31,790 nucleotides of DNA, taken from positions 1 through 31,790 of the forward strand of contig JASFLG010000001.1 in NCBI GenBank assembly GCA_050118205.1, written 5' to 3'. Numbering within the stretch: position 1 is the stretch's first letter; every line of letters begins with the position of its first letter. Origin of the DNA: Pseudomonadales bacterium (GTDB taxonomy: Bacteria; Pseudomonadota; Gammaproteobacteria; Pseudomonadales; Azotimanducaceae). Made by a program: the position numbers and the translations under genes. The notes under the pieces were generated by a model. It was not told the origin of the DNA and searched no databases. It saw only the letters and a program-made list of their open reading frames with translations. This document shows positions 1 through 8,323 of the stretch, piece after piece.

Positions 1-19
1 TGAAAGGACCATCGATCTG

Positions 20-766
20 ATGGGCGGTGGCTTCACCCGCGGCATGCTTGCCGAGCTGGAGCAGAAGATGGTGCTGGAGGCTTTCGGGCGCCACGTGGCG
101 GCAGTGGAGCAGCGGATCAACGACGGTAAGGAGGCGACCGTGTATCTCTGCCGGGCGGTATCCGGCGCGGGCGGGGGGTTCCTCGCCGCCAAGGTATATC
201 GCGACCGGCGCTTTCGGGCGTTTGCAAGCAACTCCAGCTACACCGATCCAGGGCGCGTCCGGGACCGGCGCATGGCGAAGGCCATCCGCAAGCGAACGCG
301 CGTCGGGCGCAAGGTCTCGCAGCGGCTCTGGGTCGACCGGGAGTGGGAGGCGTTGAGAGCGCTATTCGATGCGGGTGCCTCGGTGCCGGAACCCTATGAT
401 CACGCGCCGGACGCCGTGCTCATGGAGTTCGTCGGCGATGCCGAAGGCCCGGCGCCCATGCTGGCTCATACGCGCCTTACCCGGGCAGAGGCCGAGCGGG
501 CCTATGGGTCCGTGCTTCGCGATGTGGCGCTGCTGCTCGAATGTGGTCTGGTGCACGGCGATCTGTCGGCCTACAACATCCTCTATCACCGCGAGCGACC
601 GCGTGTGATCGATCTGCCCCAGGCCGTGGGTCTGGACGACGCGGTGGATGCCTGGTCGATCTTCTATCGGGACATGGAGAACATCGGTTCCTACTTCGTC
701 CGGCAGGGGGTTCCCGTGGACACCACGAGCGACGCGATGCGTCTATGGCAGCGGCACGCTATGTGA
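20..766 (+). CDS. RIO1-family atypical Ser/Thr protein kinase (5' end may lie upstream of the window)
   Basis: GKEATVY P-loop, AAKVY lysine, LMEFVG hinge, HGDLSAYNIL catalytic loop, IDLPQ metal-binding loop. No in-frame stop between base 2 and the ATG at 20. Confidence 0.88.
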   Translation: MGGGFTRGMLAELEQKMVLEAFGRHVAAVEQRINDGKEATVYLCRAVSGAGGGFLAAKVYRDRRFRAFASNSSYTDPGRVRDRRMAKAIRKRTRVGRKVSQRLWVDREWEALRALFDAGASVPEPYDHAPDAVLMEFVGDAEGPAPMLAHTRLTRAEAERAYGSVLRDVALLLECGLVHGDLSAYNILYHRERPRVIDLPQAVGLDDAVDAWSIFYRDMENIGSYFVRQGVPVDTTSDAMRLWQRHAM

Positions 767-1373
767 CGCTCGCGTACCAGGCGGCGAGGGCGCAGATCTT
801 CTCCTCCTTCCGCCAGGCACCGCGGTTGGTGGGTTGCATGGCGGCCAGGCCGTGCAGGGCGGCAGGCTCGTCCTGTCCGAACCGCGTCGAGAGCATCCCG
901 GACAGGCCGCGCCGATCCAGCTCGATCACCTCGAGCCCCTCTGCGCGGCACGCGTCCGCGATGCTGTTGCGCACCGCATTACCCTCGGCGATGTGAATCT
1001 GCGCGTGCGAGGCGAGCACGCGCGAGAGCGCGGCCGCCTGTCGTCCGCGCGCCGTCAACACGGCTGCCACCGCGGCTGGGGGCCAGCCTTCGAGGCAGGC
1101 GAGGCAGGCGGCGAGGCTCTTGCGGGTCTGCGTGGCCTGTCGGGCGAGTCCTTTGCGAATCGCTCCGGCGGGGTCGGACGGCGGGGGCACCCGGGCCAGC
1201 CCGTCGAACCCGCCGGCCACGTGATATGGCTCCTGCGCCAGCCGGTCGCCGTCCCGGGCCGTAGCCAGCCGGAACGTGACGACGGCCGTGATTGCGCGGT
1301 CTCGCACGAGCACGGCGCTGGCCGCGATCCATCCGAGATGGCAGCTGAAGCCCAGACCGACGGTGGTGCCCAC
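759..1373 (-). CDS. Conserved hypothetical protein, 204 aa
   Basis: GTG at 1373 preceded by GGAGG; globular-looking sequence (LGFSCHLGW, EPYH, LASHAQIHIAEG, WRKEEKICALAAW); stop overlaps the kinase stop convergently by 8 nt. Track ORF 759..1802 is over-extended. Confidence 0.7.
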   Translation of the reverse strand: MGTTVGLGFSCHLGWIAASAVLVRDRAITAVVTFRLATARDGDRLAQEPYHVAGGFDGLARVPPPSDPAGAIRKGLARQATQTRKSLAACLACLEGWPPAAVAAVLTARGRQAAALSRVLASHAQIHIAEGNAVRNSIADACRAEGLEVIELDRRGLSGMLSTRFGQDEPAALHGLAAMQPTNRGAWRKEEKICALAAWYASVT

Positions 1374-1442
1374 GTCGCCTCCGGAAATACCGCGATCTCT
1401 GTATGATGCGCCGATCCAACCGGAATTCGAACAGGGGCTCCC

Positions 1443-1748
1443 ATGCACATACGCTTGTTCATGCTGGGTCTCGTGCTGCTCGGCTGCGCGGGGTGCGATT
1501 TCATCGGTGGTGCGGATACGCTCGTGCGCGGCAGCCACAACTTCATTGCCGGCGACGGCGGACCCGACGCGGTGGCGGATGCCCTGTCGCGTCTGGAGGA
1601 AGTTCCCCAGGTCAGCGACGAGGACATTCTCGCCATCTACGGGACCATCCGGACCCGGGCGCTGGCGGGCGAGCTGGAGTCGGCGCGGGTCCTGCTGCGC
1701 CTGGCGGCCATGCAGCGGGCGCCGAAGGACGACGAAACGAAAGAGTGA
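1443..1748 (+). CDS. Small putative lipoprotein, 101 aa
   Basis: AGGGG RBS; hydrophobic N-terminus with lipobox-like LLGC/CAGC; helical C-terminal part; stop overlaps the next start (GTGA). Confidence 0.7.
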   Translation: MHIRLFMLGLVLLGCAGCDFIGGADTLVRGSHNFIAGDGGPDAVADALSRLEEVPQVSDEDILAIYGTIRTRALAGELESARVLLRLAAMQRAPKDDETKE

Positions 1749-3043
1749 ACGGCAGGCGCTGGCTGCCCGACTACTGGGGCCGCAATCCGTGGTGGATCCC
1801 ACCGCACATGCTCGGGCGTGTGCCGCGCGAGGTGGGTCGCACCGAGCTCAAGGTGCTCGGTTTTGTCACGTTCGCGCTGCTGTTCGAACACTACGACACG
1901 TCGCTGCTCGGCAATGCGCTGAAGTTCATCCGGGAAGATCTCGGCATACCGGAGACGGATCTGGGTTTCTTCCAGATGCTCATCCGGCTGGGGGCGTTGC
2001 CGGCGTTTCTGGTCGTGCCCTTCGTCGATCGGCTGGGGCGACGCCGGCTGTTTCTCGTCTCCATGGTCGGGCTGAGTCTCGGCACCATGCTGACCGCTTT
2101 CAGCCAGACCGCCGCGCAATTCGTCGCGTGTCAGATGATCACGCGAACCTTCGTCCTCACCGCTTCGGCCGTCGCCGTGGTGATCGTCGCCGAAGAGCTG
2201 CCCGCGTCGGCAAGGGGCTGGGGGATCGGCATGCTGGCGGCGGTGAGCGCCATCGGGCACGGTCTGGGTGCGATCATGTTCGGTCTCATCGAGGTGCTGC
2301 CCTGGGGTTGGCGCGCGCTGTACCTGCTCGGGGTGCTGCCGCTTCTGCTGCTGCCCGTGTTCCGCCGGCAGATTCAGGAGACGGCGCGCTTTCGTGCGCA
2401 CATGGAAGCGTTGCCGGATGGGGCCGGTGCCTGGTGGAGCCCGCTCGCCGCGTTTGCGGGCACGAACCCGAGGCGGGCGTTCGGCATGGCCGCGCTGGCG
2501 GCCTCCGCGTCTCTGGGTCATGCGGTAGTTCTGAGCTTCACCGGCTACTTCGTGCTCGAGTACCACGGCTGGCAGGCATATCAGCTCTCGCTCATGGTGC
2601 TGATTGCGGGTGCGGTGGGGATTGCCGGCAATGTGGTGGCGGGGCGGCTCGCCGATCGGATCGGCCGCAGACTGGTCGGCTTCACCTTCCTTCTGGTGTT
2701 TCCGCTGGGCGCGTGGCTGTTCTACAACGGCCCCGGCTGGTCACTGACGCTGATCTGGGCGGTGCTGGTGTTCACGATGATGGGCGGGAACGTGATCATC
2801 CGGGCCCTGTCCTCCGAGCTCTTTCCCACCTCGCACCGCGGTACCTCGACGGGTGTGCTGGTTCTGATGGAGACCCTCGGCGCGGCAGCGGGACTGTTCG
2901 TGCTCGGGATGCTTCAGCAGCGGCGCGGCGATCTCGCCTGGCTCATCCCGTGCCTCTCCGTGGCCACGGTGCTCGCCGGCGCGCTGCTCTTCGCCTTTCC
3001 GGAAACCCGTCAGCGCGAGCTGGAAAGCCTGAGCGGCGGTTGA
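1745..3043 (+). CDS. MFS transporter, 432 aa
   Basis: About 12 hydrophobic segments; motif A twice (FVDRLGRRRL, LADRIGRR); EELPASARG and SELFPTSHRG loops; GTG start overlapping the upstream stop. Confidence 0.9.
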   Translation: MNGRRWLPDYWGRNPWWIPPHMLGRVPREVGRTELKVLGFVTFALLFEHYDTSLLGNALKFIREDLGIPETDLGFFQMLIRLGALPAFLVVPFVDRLGRRRLFLVSMVGLSLGTMLTAFSQTAAQFVACQMITRTFVLTASAVAVVIVAEELPASARGWGIGMLAAVSAIGHGLGAIMFGLIEVLPWGWRALYLLGVLPLLLLPVFRRQIQETARFRAHMEALPDGAGAWWSPLAAFAGTNPRRAFGMAALAASASLGHAVVLSFTGYFVLEYHGWQAYQLSLMVLIAGAVGIAGNVVAGRLADRIGRRLVGFTFLLVFPLGAWLFYNGPGWSLTLIWAVLVFTMMGGNVIIRALSSELFPTSHRGTSTGVLVLMETLGAAAGLFVLGMLQQRRGDLAWLIPCLSVATVLAGALLFAFPETRQRELESLSGG

Positions 3044-3051
3044 CGCCTACC

Positions 3052-3801
3052 TCACGGAGCCGACGTCAGGCGCCCGTAGTCCGTGTCGTGAATGCCGCAT
3101 TCGCGTTTCAGGCCGAAAAAGCGGGTCGCCTCCTCGTCGGACACCTCGGACAGGGGTCGGGTGGTGTGCACGTCGCCGATGGAGACATAGCCTTTGTGCC
3201 ACAAGGGGTGATACGGCAGATCGTGGGTGCGCAGATAGTCGAATACGTCACGATCCGTCCAGTCCGCGATCGGGCACACCTTGAAGTGCGAACCGGTGTG
3301 GTGCACGAACGGGGTGTCGCGACGGGTCGTCGCCTGCTCCCGGCGCAGGCCGCTGAACCAGGTACCGACGTCGAGCTCCGTCAGGGCACGTGCCATGGGC
3401 TCCACCTTGTTGTCCTGGTTGTACTGCTCGATTCCTTCGACCCCCTGCGTCCAGCGCTGACCGTAGCGCGCCTCCTGCCAGGCGGGGCTCATGGGATTGC
3501 GATAGACCTTCAGATTCAATTGCAGCCGATCGGTGAGCTCGTCGATGAACGCGTAGGTCTCCGGGAACAGATAGCCGGTGTCGAGCAGAACGACGGGTAT
3601 GTCCGGCCGGGCCCGGGTCAGCAGGTGCAGGCTGACGGCCGCCTGGGCCCCGAAGGAGGAGGTCAGCACATGATTGCCGGGCAGGTGATCCAACGCACAG
3701 CGCACCCGCCCGGCGGCATCCAGCTGGGCCAGGCGCTTGTTCCAGTTCTCCAGATGCTCGGCGTCCGTGAAGACGGGTTCCGGGAGGGCGGTGCAGGGCA
3801 T
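3052..3801 (-). CDS. cysH: Phosphoadenosine phosphosulfate (PAPS) reductase
   Basis: [47 protein letters not shown]-terminal KRECGIH; no CC/CxxC Fe-S motifs of APS reductases. Confidence 0.93.
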   Translation of the reverse strand: MPCTALPEPVFTDAEHLENWNKRLAQLDAAGRVRCALDHLPGNHVLTSSFGAQAAVSLHLLTRARPDIPVVLLDTGYLFPETYAFIDELTDRLQLNLKVYRNPMSPAWQEARYGQRWTQGVEGIEQYNQDNKVEPMARALTELDVGTWFSGLRREQATTRRDTPFVHHTGSHFKVCPIADWTDRDVFDYLRTHDLPYHPLWHKGYVSIGDVHTTRPLSEVSDEEATRFFGLKRECGIHDTDYGRLTSAP

Positions 3802-3918
3802 GTCGATTGCTCGGCGGATGGAGTGAGCAAGGTAATGTCCGCCCGGGGTGCTGAGAAGGAACGAATGGCTATGTCCTAAAAAGGCCCTGTTATATTCCGA
3901 TGGCCCCGGCGGAGCGCG

Positions 3919-4647
3919 TCAGCCGGCCTTCTCCAGCTTGCGGTTCCACTCGGCCAGGTTCTTGAGCGGCACGCGCACGTAGTTGCTCGCCCGGATCAGA
4001 AAGACCAGAAGGCGGTTCACCAGCGTGCCCGGCAGGTCCATGGGCCGGTCGAAATCGACGAACAGGACCACGCGGCGTTCGGGCGTGTCGTTTCTGACCT
4101 CGTGCTCATAGGTGTCGTCGAATACCAGGGCACGTCCTTCCTCCCAGGTGCAGATCCTGTCGTCCACGCGGATCCAGCAGGATCGGGCGTCCGACGGCAC
4201 GATGAGACCGAGATGGAGGCGGATCACGGCTCGAGTCGGGCCATGGTGTGGCGGAATGTGATAACCCGGGGCGAGGATCGAGAACCAGGCATTCTGCAGG
4301 CCGGGCACCCGGTCGATGAGGGCCGACGTCTCCGGGCACAACGCCCGGTTCTCCTCGATCCGGGTGCCGTAGGCGTGGAACGTGAACACTTTCCAGTTGT
4401 CACCGCGGGAGATGCGCGCCTGGTCGGGCGAGATCTGGTGGAACGTCGGGATGCGTTCCGGGTGCTCGAGCAGAGTCTCGAGCTCCGCCCGGATCGCAGG
4501 GTAGGCCGCTTCCACCTCGGCGACCCAGGGAAACTCCGCGTTGTCGAGCACCGGCCCGGTGCCGACGAGCGAGTGTCGCGCCTGGAAGTCGGCGACACCG
4601 CGCATGAGCCTGACTCCTGCCTTCTTCAGAGCGGGATAGATCTGCAT
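3919..4647 (-). CDS. Aspartyl/asparaginyl beta-hydroxylase-family (LpxO-like) Fe(II)/2-oxoglutarate dioxygenase
   Basis: AWFSILAPGYHIPPHHGPT, RLHLGLIVP, WEEGRALVFDDTYEHEVRN, RVVLFVDFDRP. Confidence 0.88.
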   Translation of the reverse strand: MQIYPALKKAGVRLMRGVADFQARHSLVGTGPVLDNAEFPWVAEVEAAYPAIRAELETLLEHPERIPTFHQISPDQARISRGDNWKVFTFHAYGTRIEENRALCPETSALIDRVPGLQNAWFSILAPGYHIPPHHGPTRAVIRLHLGLIVPSDARSCWIRVDDRICTWEEGRALVFDDTYEHEVRNDTPERRVVLFVDFDRPMDLPGTLVNRLLVFLIRASNYVRVPLKNLAEWNRKLEKAG

Positions 4648-4743
4648 GTCCTTCTGCGTTCGGCCCTATTGTCTGAGTGGATGTTCGGCACGCCGATACT
4701 ATACTGCGCGCCTTCGACCCCCAAGGGCGCCAGGACCAGACAG

Positions 4744-6066
4744 ATGCAGGCAGAGGCAGACAACACATCCACGAACCGCTGGCGATTCTGCGTTCTCGGG
4801 CTCGCTCACCTGGTGATCGGCCTTGCGCTCTCGAGCGCCGCCATGGCGCAGAGCACAGAGACGGGCGACTGGTATCTGGATTTCGGCTTCGGTGCAAACT
4901 ACGGGGAGCAGGCCAAGCTGGACGGGTACGGCACGAAGGTCGAGTACGATCTCGGATTACCGCGCTACAGCGGCGCCGTGGCCCGGCGCTTCGGAGAGAA
5001 CTGGTGGCTCGAGCTCGAGCTTTCCCAGCGCAAGACCAAGGCCGAGTACTTCGCGCCGACGGACGGTGGGACGAGTACCGACCCGGGCCCGAACGACCGC
5101 TACACCACCGCGGGCCTGATGCTGAGCGCCATCCGGGAGTTCCACGCCGGCAACTGGCTGGTGCCGTACGTGGGTGCGGGCGTCGGGCCGGCCTGGATCA
5201 CCTACCGGTTGAGCGCCACCACCCCCGGATCAACGGATGAAGAGCTGCTGATCACCGACGACACCAGCGCCGCCGCGGTGCAGGCCATGCTGGGTTTCCG
5301 GATGCCGCTCACCCGGCGCATGGATCTGGGGATCGAGTACGAGTACTGGCGTACACCGAATGCTTCGCTCAAGTCGCTGGCCGGGGACAAGATCGACCTG
5401 GACCAGACGATCCACTCCGGGTGGTTGAGTTTCTACTACTTTCCCGGCGCGGATCGCCCTGGTGGCTTCGGTGCCCGTCGGGCGAACGGCGAGCAACCGC
5501 AGGGCTTCTACGTGTCCGCGTCGGGCGGGGTCGACTGGGTTCGAGATACGACGGCGGGGCCGATCACGTTTGACGCGTACCAGCCCGGCGGGATCATGAC
5601 GCTGGCGTTCGGGCACACGCTGGGCCGCCGATGGCGGCTCGAGGCGGAGTACGGGTACCGCTGGAACGAGGTGCAGATCGTGGACTTCGGTTTCTACATC
5701 GGGGAGCGACGGGTGGGCGGCGAGCAGAGCACATCGAGCCTGGGCGCCAACCTGATCTACAACCTCTTCCCGGATGCGCCGGTGCAGCCTTCATTCGGTT
5801 TCGGCGCCGGCACGGCCAGCACGCGCTACGACGTCAACTACGTCGATGACAACAGCAAGCTGGTAGACGACAAGTCGAGCGCCGGATACGTTCAGGCCAT
5901 CGCCGGGTTCGACGTGGAACTCACCCGTCAGCTTTCGTTCCGCACCGCGTGGCGGATCATGTACATCGATTCTCACGACGTCGACCTGGCCGACGGCAGC
6001 ACGATCCAACCCGATCACTGGATTCACTCGATGGAGTTCGGCCTGCGCTACCAGCTCGCGCGCTGA
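4744..6066 (+). CDS. Outer-membrane protein with two tandem small (OmpA/opacity-type, about 8-strand) beta-barrel domains, 440 aa
   Basis: AGGA RBS; signal peptide ending AAMA-Q; two ~200-aa repeats (WYLDFGFG..WWLELELS..PYVGAGVGP..GIEYEY..FYYF and FYVSASGG..WRLEAEYGYR..PSFGFGAG..GLRYQL) with alternating aromatic strands. Confidence 0.8.
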   Translation: MQAEADNTSTNRWRFCVLGLAHLVIGLALSSAAMAQSTETGDWYLDFGFGANYGEQAKLDGYGTKVEYDLGLPRYSGAVARRFGENWWLELELSQRKTKAEYFAPTDGGTSTDPGPNDRYTTAGLMLSAIREFHAGNWLVPYVGAGVGPAWITYRLSATTPGSTDEELLITDDTSAAAVQAMLGFRMPLTRRMDLGIEYEYWRTPNASLKSLAGDKIDLDQTIHSGWLSFYYFPGADRPGGFGARRANGEQPQGFYVSASGGVDWVRDTTAGPITFDAYQPGGIMTLAFGHTLGRRWRLEAEYGYRWNEVQIVDFGFYIGERRVGGEQSTSSLGANLIYNLFPDAPVQPSFGFGAGTASTRYDVNYVDDNSKLVDDKSSAGYVQAIAGFDVELTRQLSFRTAWRIMYIDSHDVDLADGSTIQPDHWIHSMEFGLRYQLAR

Positions 6067-6106
6067 TCGAACGAGTTGTCCAGACAGGACGCGAGGTAAC
6101 GTCCGC

Positions 6107-6478
6107 TCAACGGCGGGACGCGATCGCGAGGGTGTTGCCTCCCGGATCATGAAAGAACGCCATCCATTCCTCCGTGCCGGGGTTGTCGAAGGTGCCCGCA
6201 TCATCGCGGTGTACCAGGTGGGGCGCCGACTCGAAGACCACACCCCGATTGGTGAGATCCGCGTGCGCACGCTGGATGTCGTCGACCCGGAAGTAGAGCG
6301 TGGCGGGCGCGCTGTTGCGCTCGAGCAATAGCCGGGTCCCGGCGAAGTCGAAGAAGAGCAGCCCGGGCGGATCGAACGTGCCGATGTAGCGCGCCCCCAG
6401 TACGTCCGCGTAGAACTCGCGGCTACGCTCGAGATCCTCCGCTCTGGCCGCCACCTGATGCAGTCTCGTCAGTCGCAT
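6107..6478 (-). CDS. VOC/glyoxalase-family protein, 123 aa
   Basis: GGGGAGG RBS; LHQVAA..DLERSREFYADVLG, LYFRVDDI, AFFHDPGGNTLAI. Confidence 0.9.
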   Translation of the reverse strand: MRLTRLHQVAARAEDLERSREFYADVLGARYIGTFDPPGLLFFDFAGTRLLLERNSAPATLYFRVDDIQRAHADLTNRGVVFESAPHLVHRDDAGTFDNPGTEEWMAFFHDPGGNTLAIASRR

Positions 6479-6533
6479 GGTGCCTCCCCGTGTGCTTGGC
6501 GTCCCGGGGCCTGTTTCCGTCAGCCCCACTATC

Positions 6534-6559
6534 TGTTAGCATTTGTTAGCATTGCTAAC
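6534..6559. promoter_or_regulatory. Probable MarR operator: GTTAGCA-T-TGCTAAC palindrome (6545-6559) plus a directly repeated half-site (TGTTAGCATT at 6534-6543 and 6544-6553)
   Basis: AT-rich inverted repeat with 7-bp arms in the divergent interval between the VOC gene and marR. Confidence 0.7.
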
Positions 6560-6586
6560 TGATGAGACTAGAACCAGGGGCAAGCC

Positions 6587-7021
6587 GTGTCAACCGGCGA
6601 CGATCTGCTGACCGTCAACTCGTCGATCACGCAGCTCATGCGCAGGATCCGGCGGGTCGACGAAGCCCAGGGAGTTGGTCGGGCCCGGCTCTCGGCGTTG
6701 GCCGTGCTGTATTTTGGGGGTTCCTGCTCGCCGTCGGAGCTGGCAGCTCAGGAGATGGTCAGTCGCGCGACCATGCACCACGTGCTGAAGGGGCTGGAGG
6801 CGGACGGTTACGTCGTCCGCCGCGAGGATCCCGATGATGCGCGACGTCAGGTGGTCCAGCTCACGAGGCTCGGCACTCGGACCATCCGGCGCGCACACCG
6901 GGCGCGGATCGACTACTACGCGCTTCTGGCCAGAGGCGTGAGTGCCGAAGACCTGGCCGTGACGGCGCGGACGCTGGATACTCTGCGTCGGAACGCGCGG
7001 GAGCGGGGCACGGAAGCTTGA
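6587..7021 (+). CDS. MarR-family transcriptional regulator
   Basis: GTG start after AGGGG; LSALAVL..SPSELAAQEMVSRATMHHVLKGLEADGYVVRREDPDDARRQVVQLT winged helix. Confidence 0.9.
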   Translation: MSTGDDLLTVNSSITQLMRRIRRVDEAQGVGRARLSALAVLYFGGSCSPSELAAQEMVSRATMHHVLKGLEADGYVVRREDPDDARRQVVQLTRLGTRTIRRAHRARIDYYALLARGVSAEDLAVTARTLDTLRRNARERGTEA

Positions 7022-7554
7022 ACGGGTTGACGATCATCTCCGGTTGCCCGGGAAGCGGCAAGACGACGCTGGCGCGGTCGCTCGCCAGACGCAGTGCACG
7101 GGGTGTGCACGTCGTGACCGACGAGTTCTACGATTTTCTCGCGCATCCTTTGGATCCGACGACGCCGGAGTCGCGCAGCCAGAACGCGGCGGTGTTGCGG
7201 GCGTTTCTTCATGCCGCCGTGTCGTTTTCGGATGACGGCTACGAGGTGTTCGTGGACGGCGTCATCGGCCCCTGGTGGCTCGAGACCATCACTGCGGTCG
7301 TCGCCCGCTTCGAGTACGTGCTGCTGCACGCGGACCTGGCCACCGCAGAAGGGCGCGTGCAGGGCCGGGCGGATCAGCCTTCGGCGTCGGTTCGGGTGGT
7401 GCGCCACATGCACGCTCAGCTCGAAGCCGTTCCCGGATTCATCGATCATCGCATCGATACCTCGAATCGGAACGAAGCGGCGGTGGTCGAGGAATTTCTG
7501 GCGCGGCGTGGGACCGGTGCCTTCGACTGGCCCAAGGGAGAGTGCGCGCACTAG
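7018..7554 (+). CDS. P-loop nucleotide/small-molecule kinase-like protein (AAA_33-like)
   Basis: Walker A ISGCPGSGKTT, VFVDGV strand, lid-region Arg (GRVQGR); TTG start overlapping the marR stop (TTGA). Confidence 0.8.
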   Translation: MNGLTIISGCPGSGKTTLARSLARRSARGVHVVTDEFYDFLAHPLDPTTPESRSQNAAVLRAFLHAAVSFSDDGYEVFVDGVIGPWWLETITAVVARFEYVLLHADLATAEGRVQGRADQPSASVRVVRHMHAQLEAVPGFIDHRIDTSNRNEAAVVEEFLARRGTGAFDWPKGECAH

Positions 7555-7563
7555 AATGCGGAG

Positions 7564-8295
7564 ATGAGTAACGAGATTCTGGGCGAAACGCCGCTGCCGA
7601 CCGACCAGGTCGGTCTCCTCGAAGGGCTGACCAGTACGCGCGCCATCCGCCGCTACCGCGACGAGCCCATTCCGCCCGAGGTGCTGCGCGCCATCCTCTT
7701 CGCTGCCACCCGCGCGCCGAGCGGCTCCAACCGGCAGCCGTTCCGGTTCCTGGTGCTGACCGACGGACCGAAGGCAAGGGAGGCCAAACGCCTGATGGGC
7801 GGCGTCGCGCGCCGCGTCTGGAACGCCAAGCGTCGCAATGACGGTTACGACGAGGGCTCAGGGAGCCGGGAGAACTCGCCCAAGGCGCGCATGACCCGGA
7901 CCATGGAGCACTACGTGAACAACTTCGAGAAGGTCCCCGCGCTGGTGCTGCCGTGCCTGGTGCGCTACCGGGAGCCCAGCACGTTCGAAGGCGCATCCAT
8001 CTATCCGGCGGTGCAGAACCTGCTGCTCGGTGCCCGGGCGCTGGGATATGGCGGCGTGATCACCGGTTTCCACGGCGGTGTGTACGACGAGCTCGTCGAG
8101 CTGCTCGGTATCCCCGAGAATACCGTCATCGCCGCCACGGTCACGCTGGGCAGACCCGAGGGTCATCACGGGCCGGTGCGACGCCGGCCTCTCACGGAGC
8201 TCGTCTACGAGGAATCCTGGGGGGAAACGCCCGGCTGGGCGGTGGACCCCCCGGGGACGCGACACACCAGCGCCGGCCCGCCTTCGAAGCGGTAG
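7564..8295 (+). CDS. Nitroreductase-family FMN oxidoreductase
   Basis: STRAIRRY, RAPSGSNRQPFRF, AVQNLLLGARALGYG, TLGRP. Confidence 0.9.
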   Translation: MSNEILGETPLPTDQVGLLEGLTSTRAIRRYRDEPIPPEVLRAILFAATRAPSGSNRQPFRFLVLTDGPKAREAKRLMGGVARRVWNAKRRNDGYDEGSGSRENSPKARMTRTMEHYVNNFEKVPALVLPCLVRYREPSTFEGASIYPAVQNLLLGARALGYGGVITGFHGGVYDELVELLGIPENTVIAATVTLGRPEGHHGPVRRRPLTELVYEESWGETPGWAVDPPGTRHTSAGPPSKR

Positions 8296-8323
8296 AACGG
8301 CTGGCCCTGGATTTCCGCCCGGG

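Noticed and set aside
1403-1744. Apparent long N-terminal extensions of track ORFs (MFS from 1403, OMP from 4102, M13 from 11856, holin-like from 16489, alaX from 30423)
   Set aside because: The extensions overlap other real genes and lack protein-like composition; better starts with RBS or coupling exist downstream, so these are not fusions.
1276-3879. 867-aa ORF, and similar long ORFs at 8078..9955, 10339..11715, 11853..14060, 19628..21037 and 28030..30285
   Set aside because: Alternative-frame or antisense shadows of well-supported genes in high-GC DNA; Arg/Pro/Gly-rich with no motifs.
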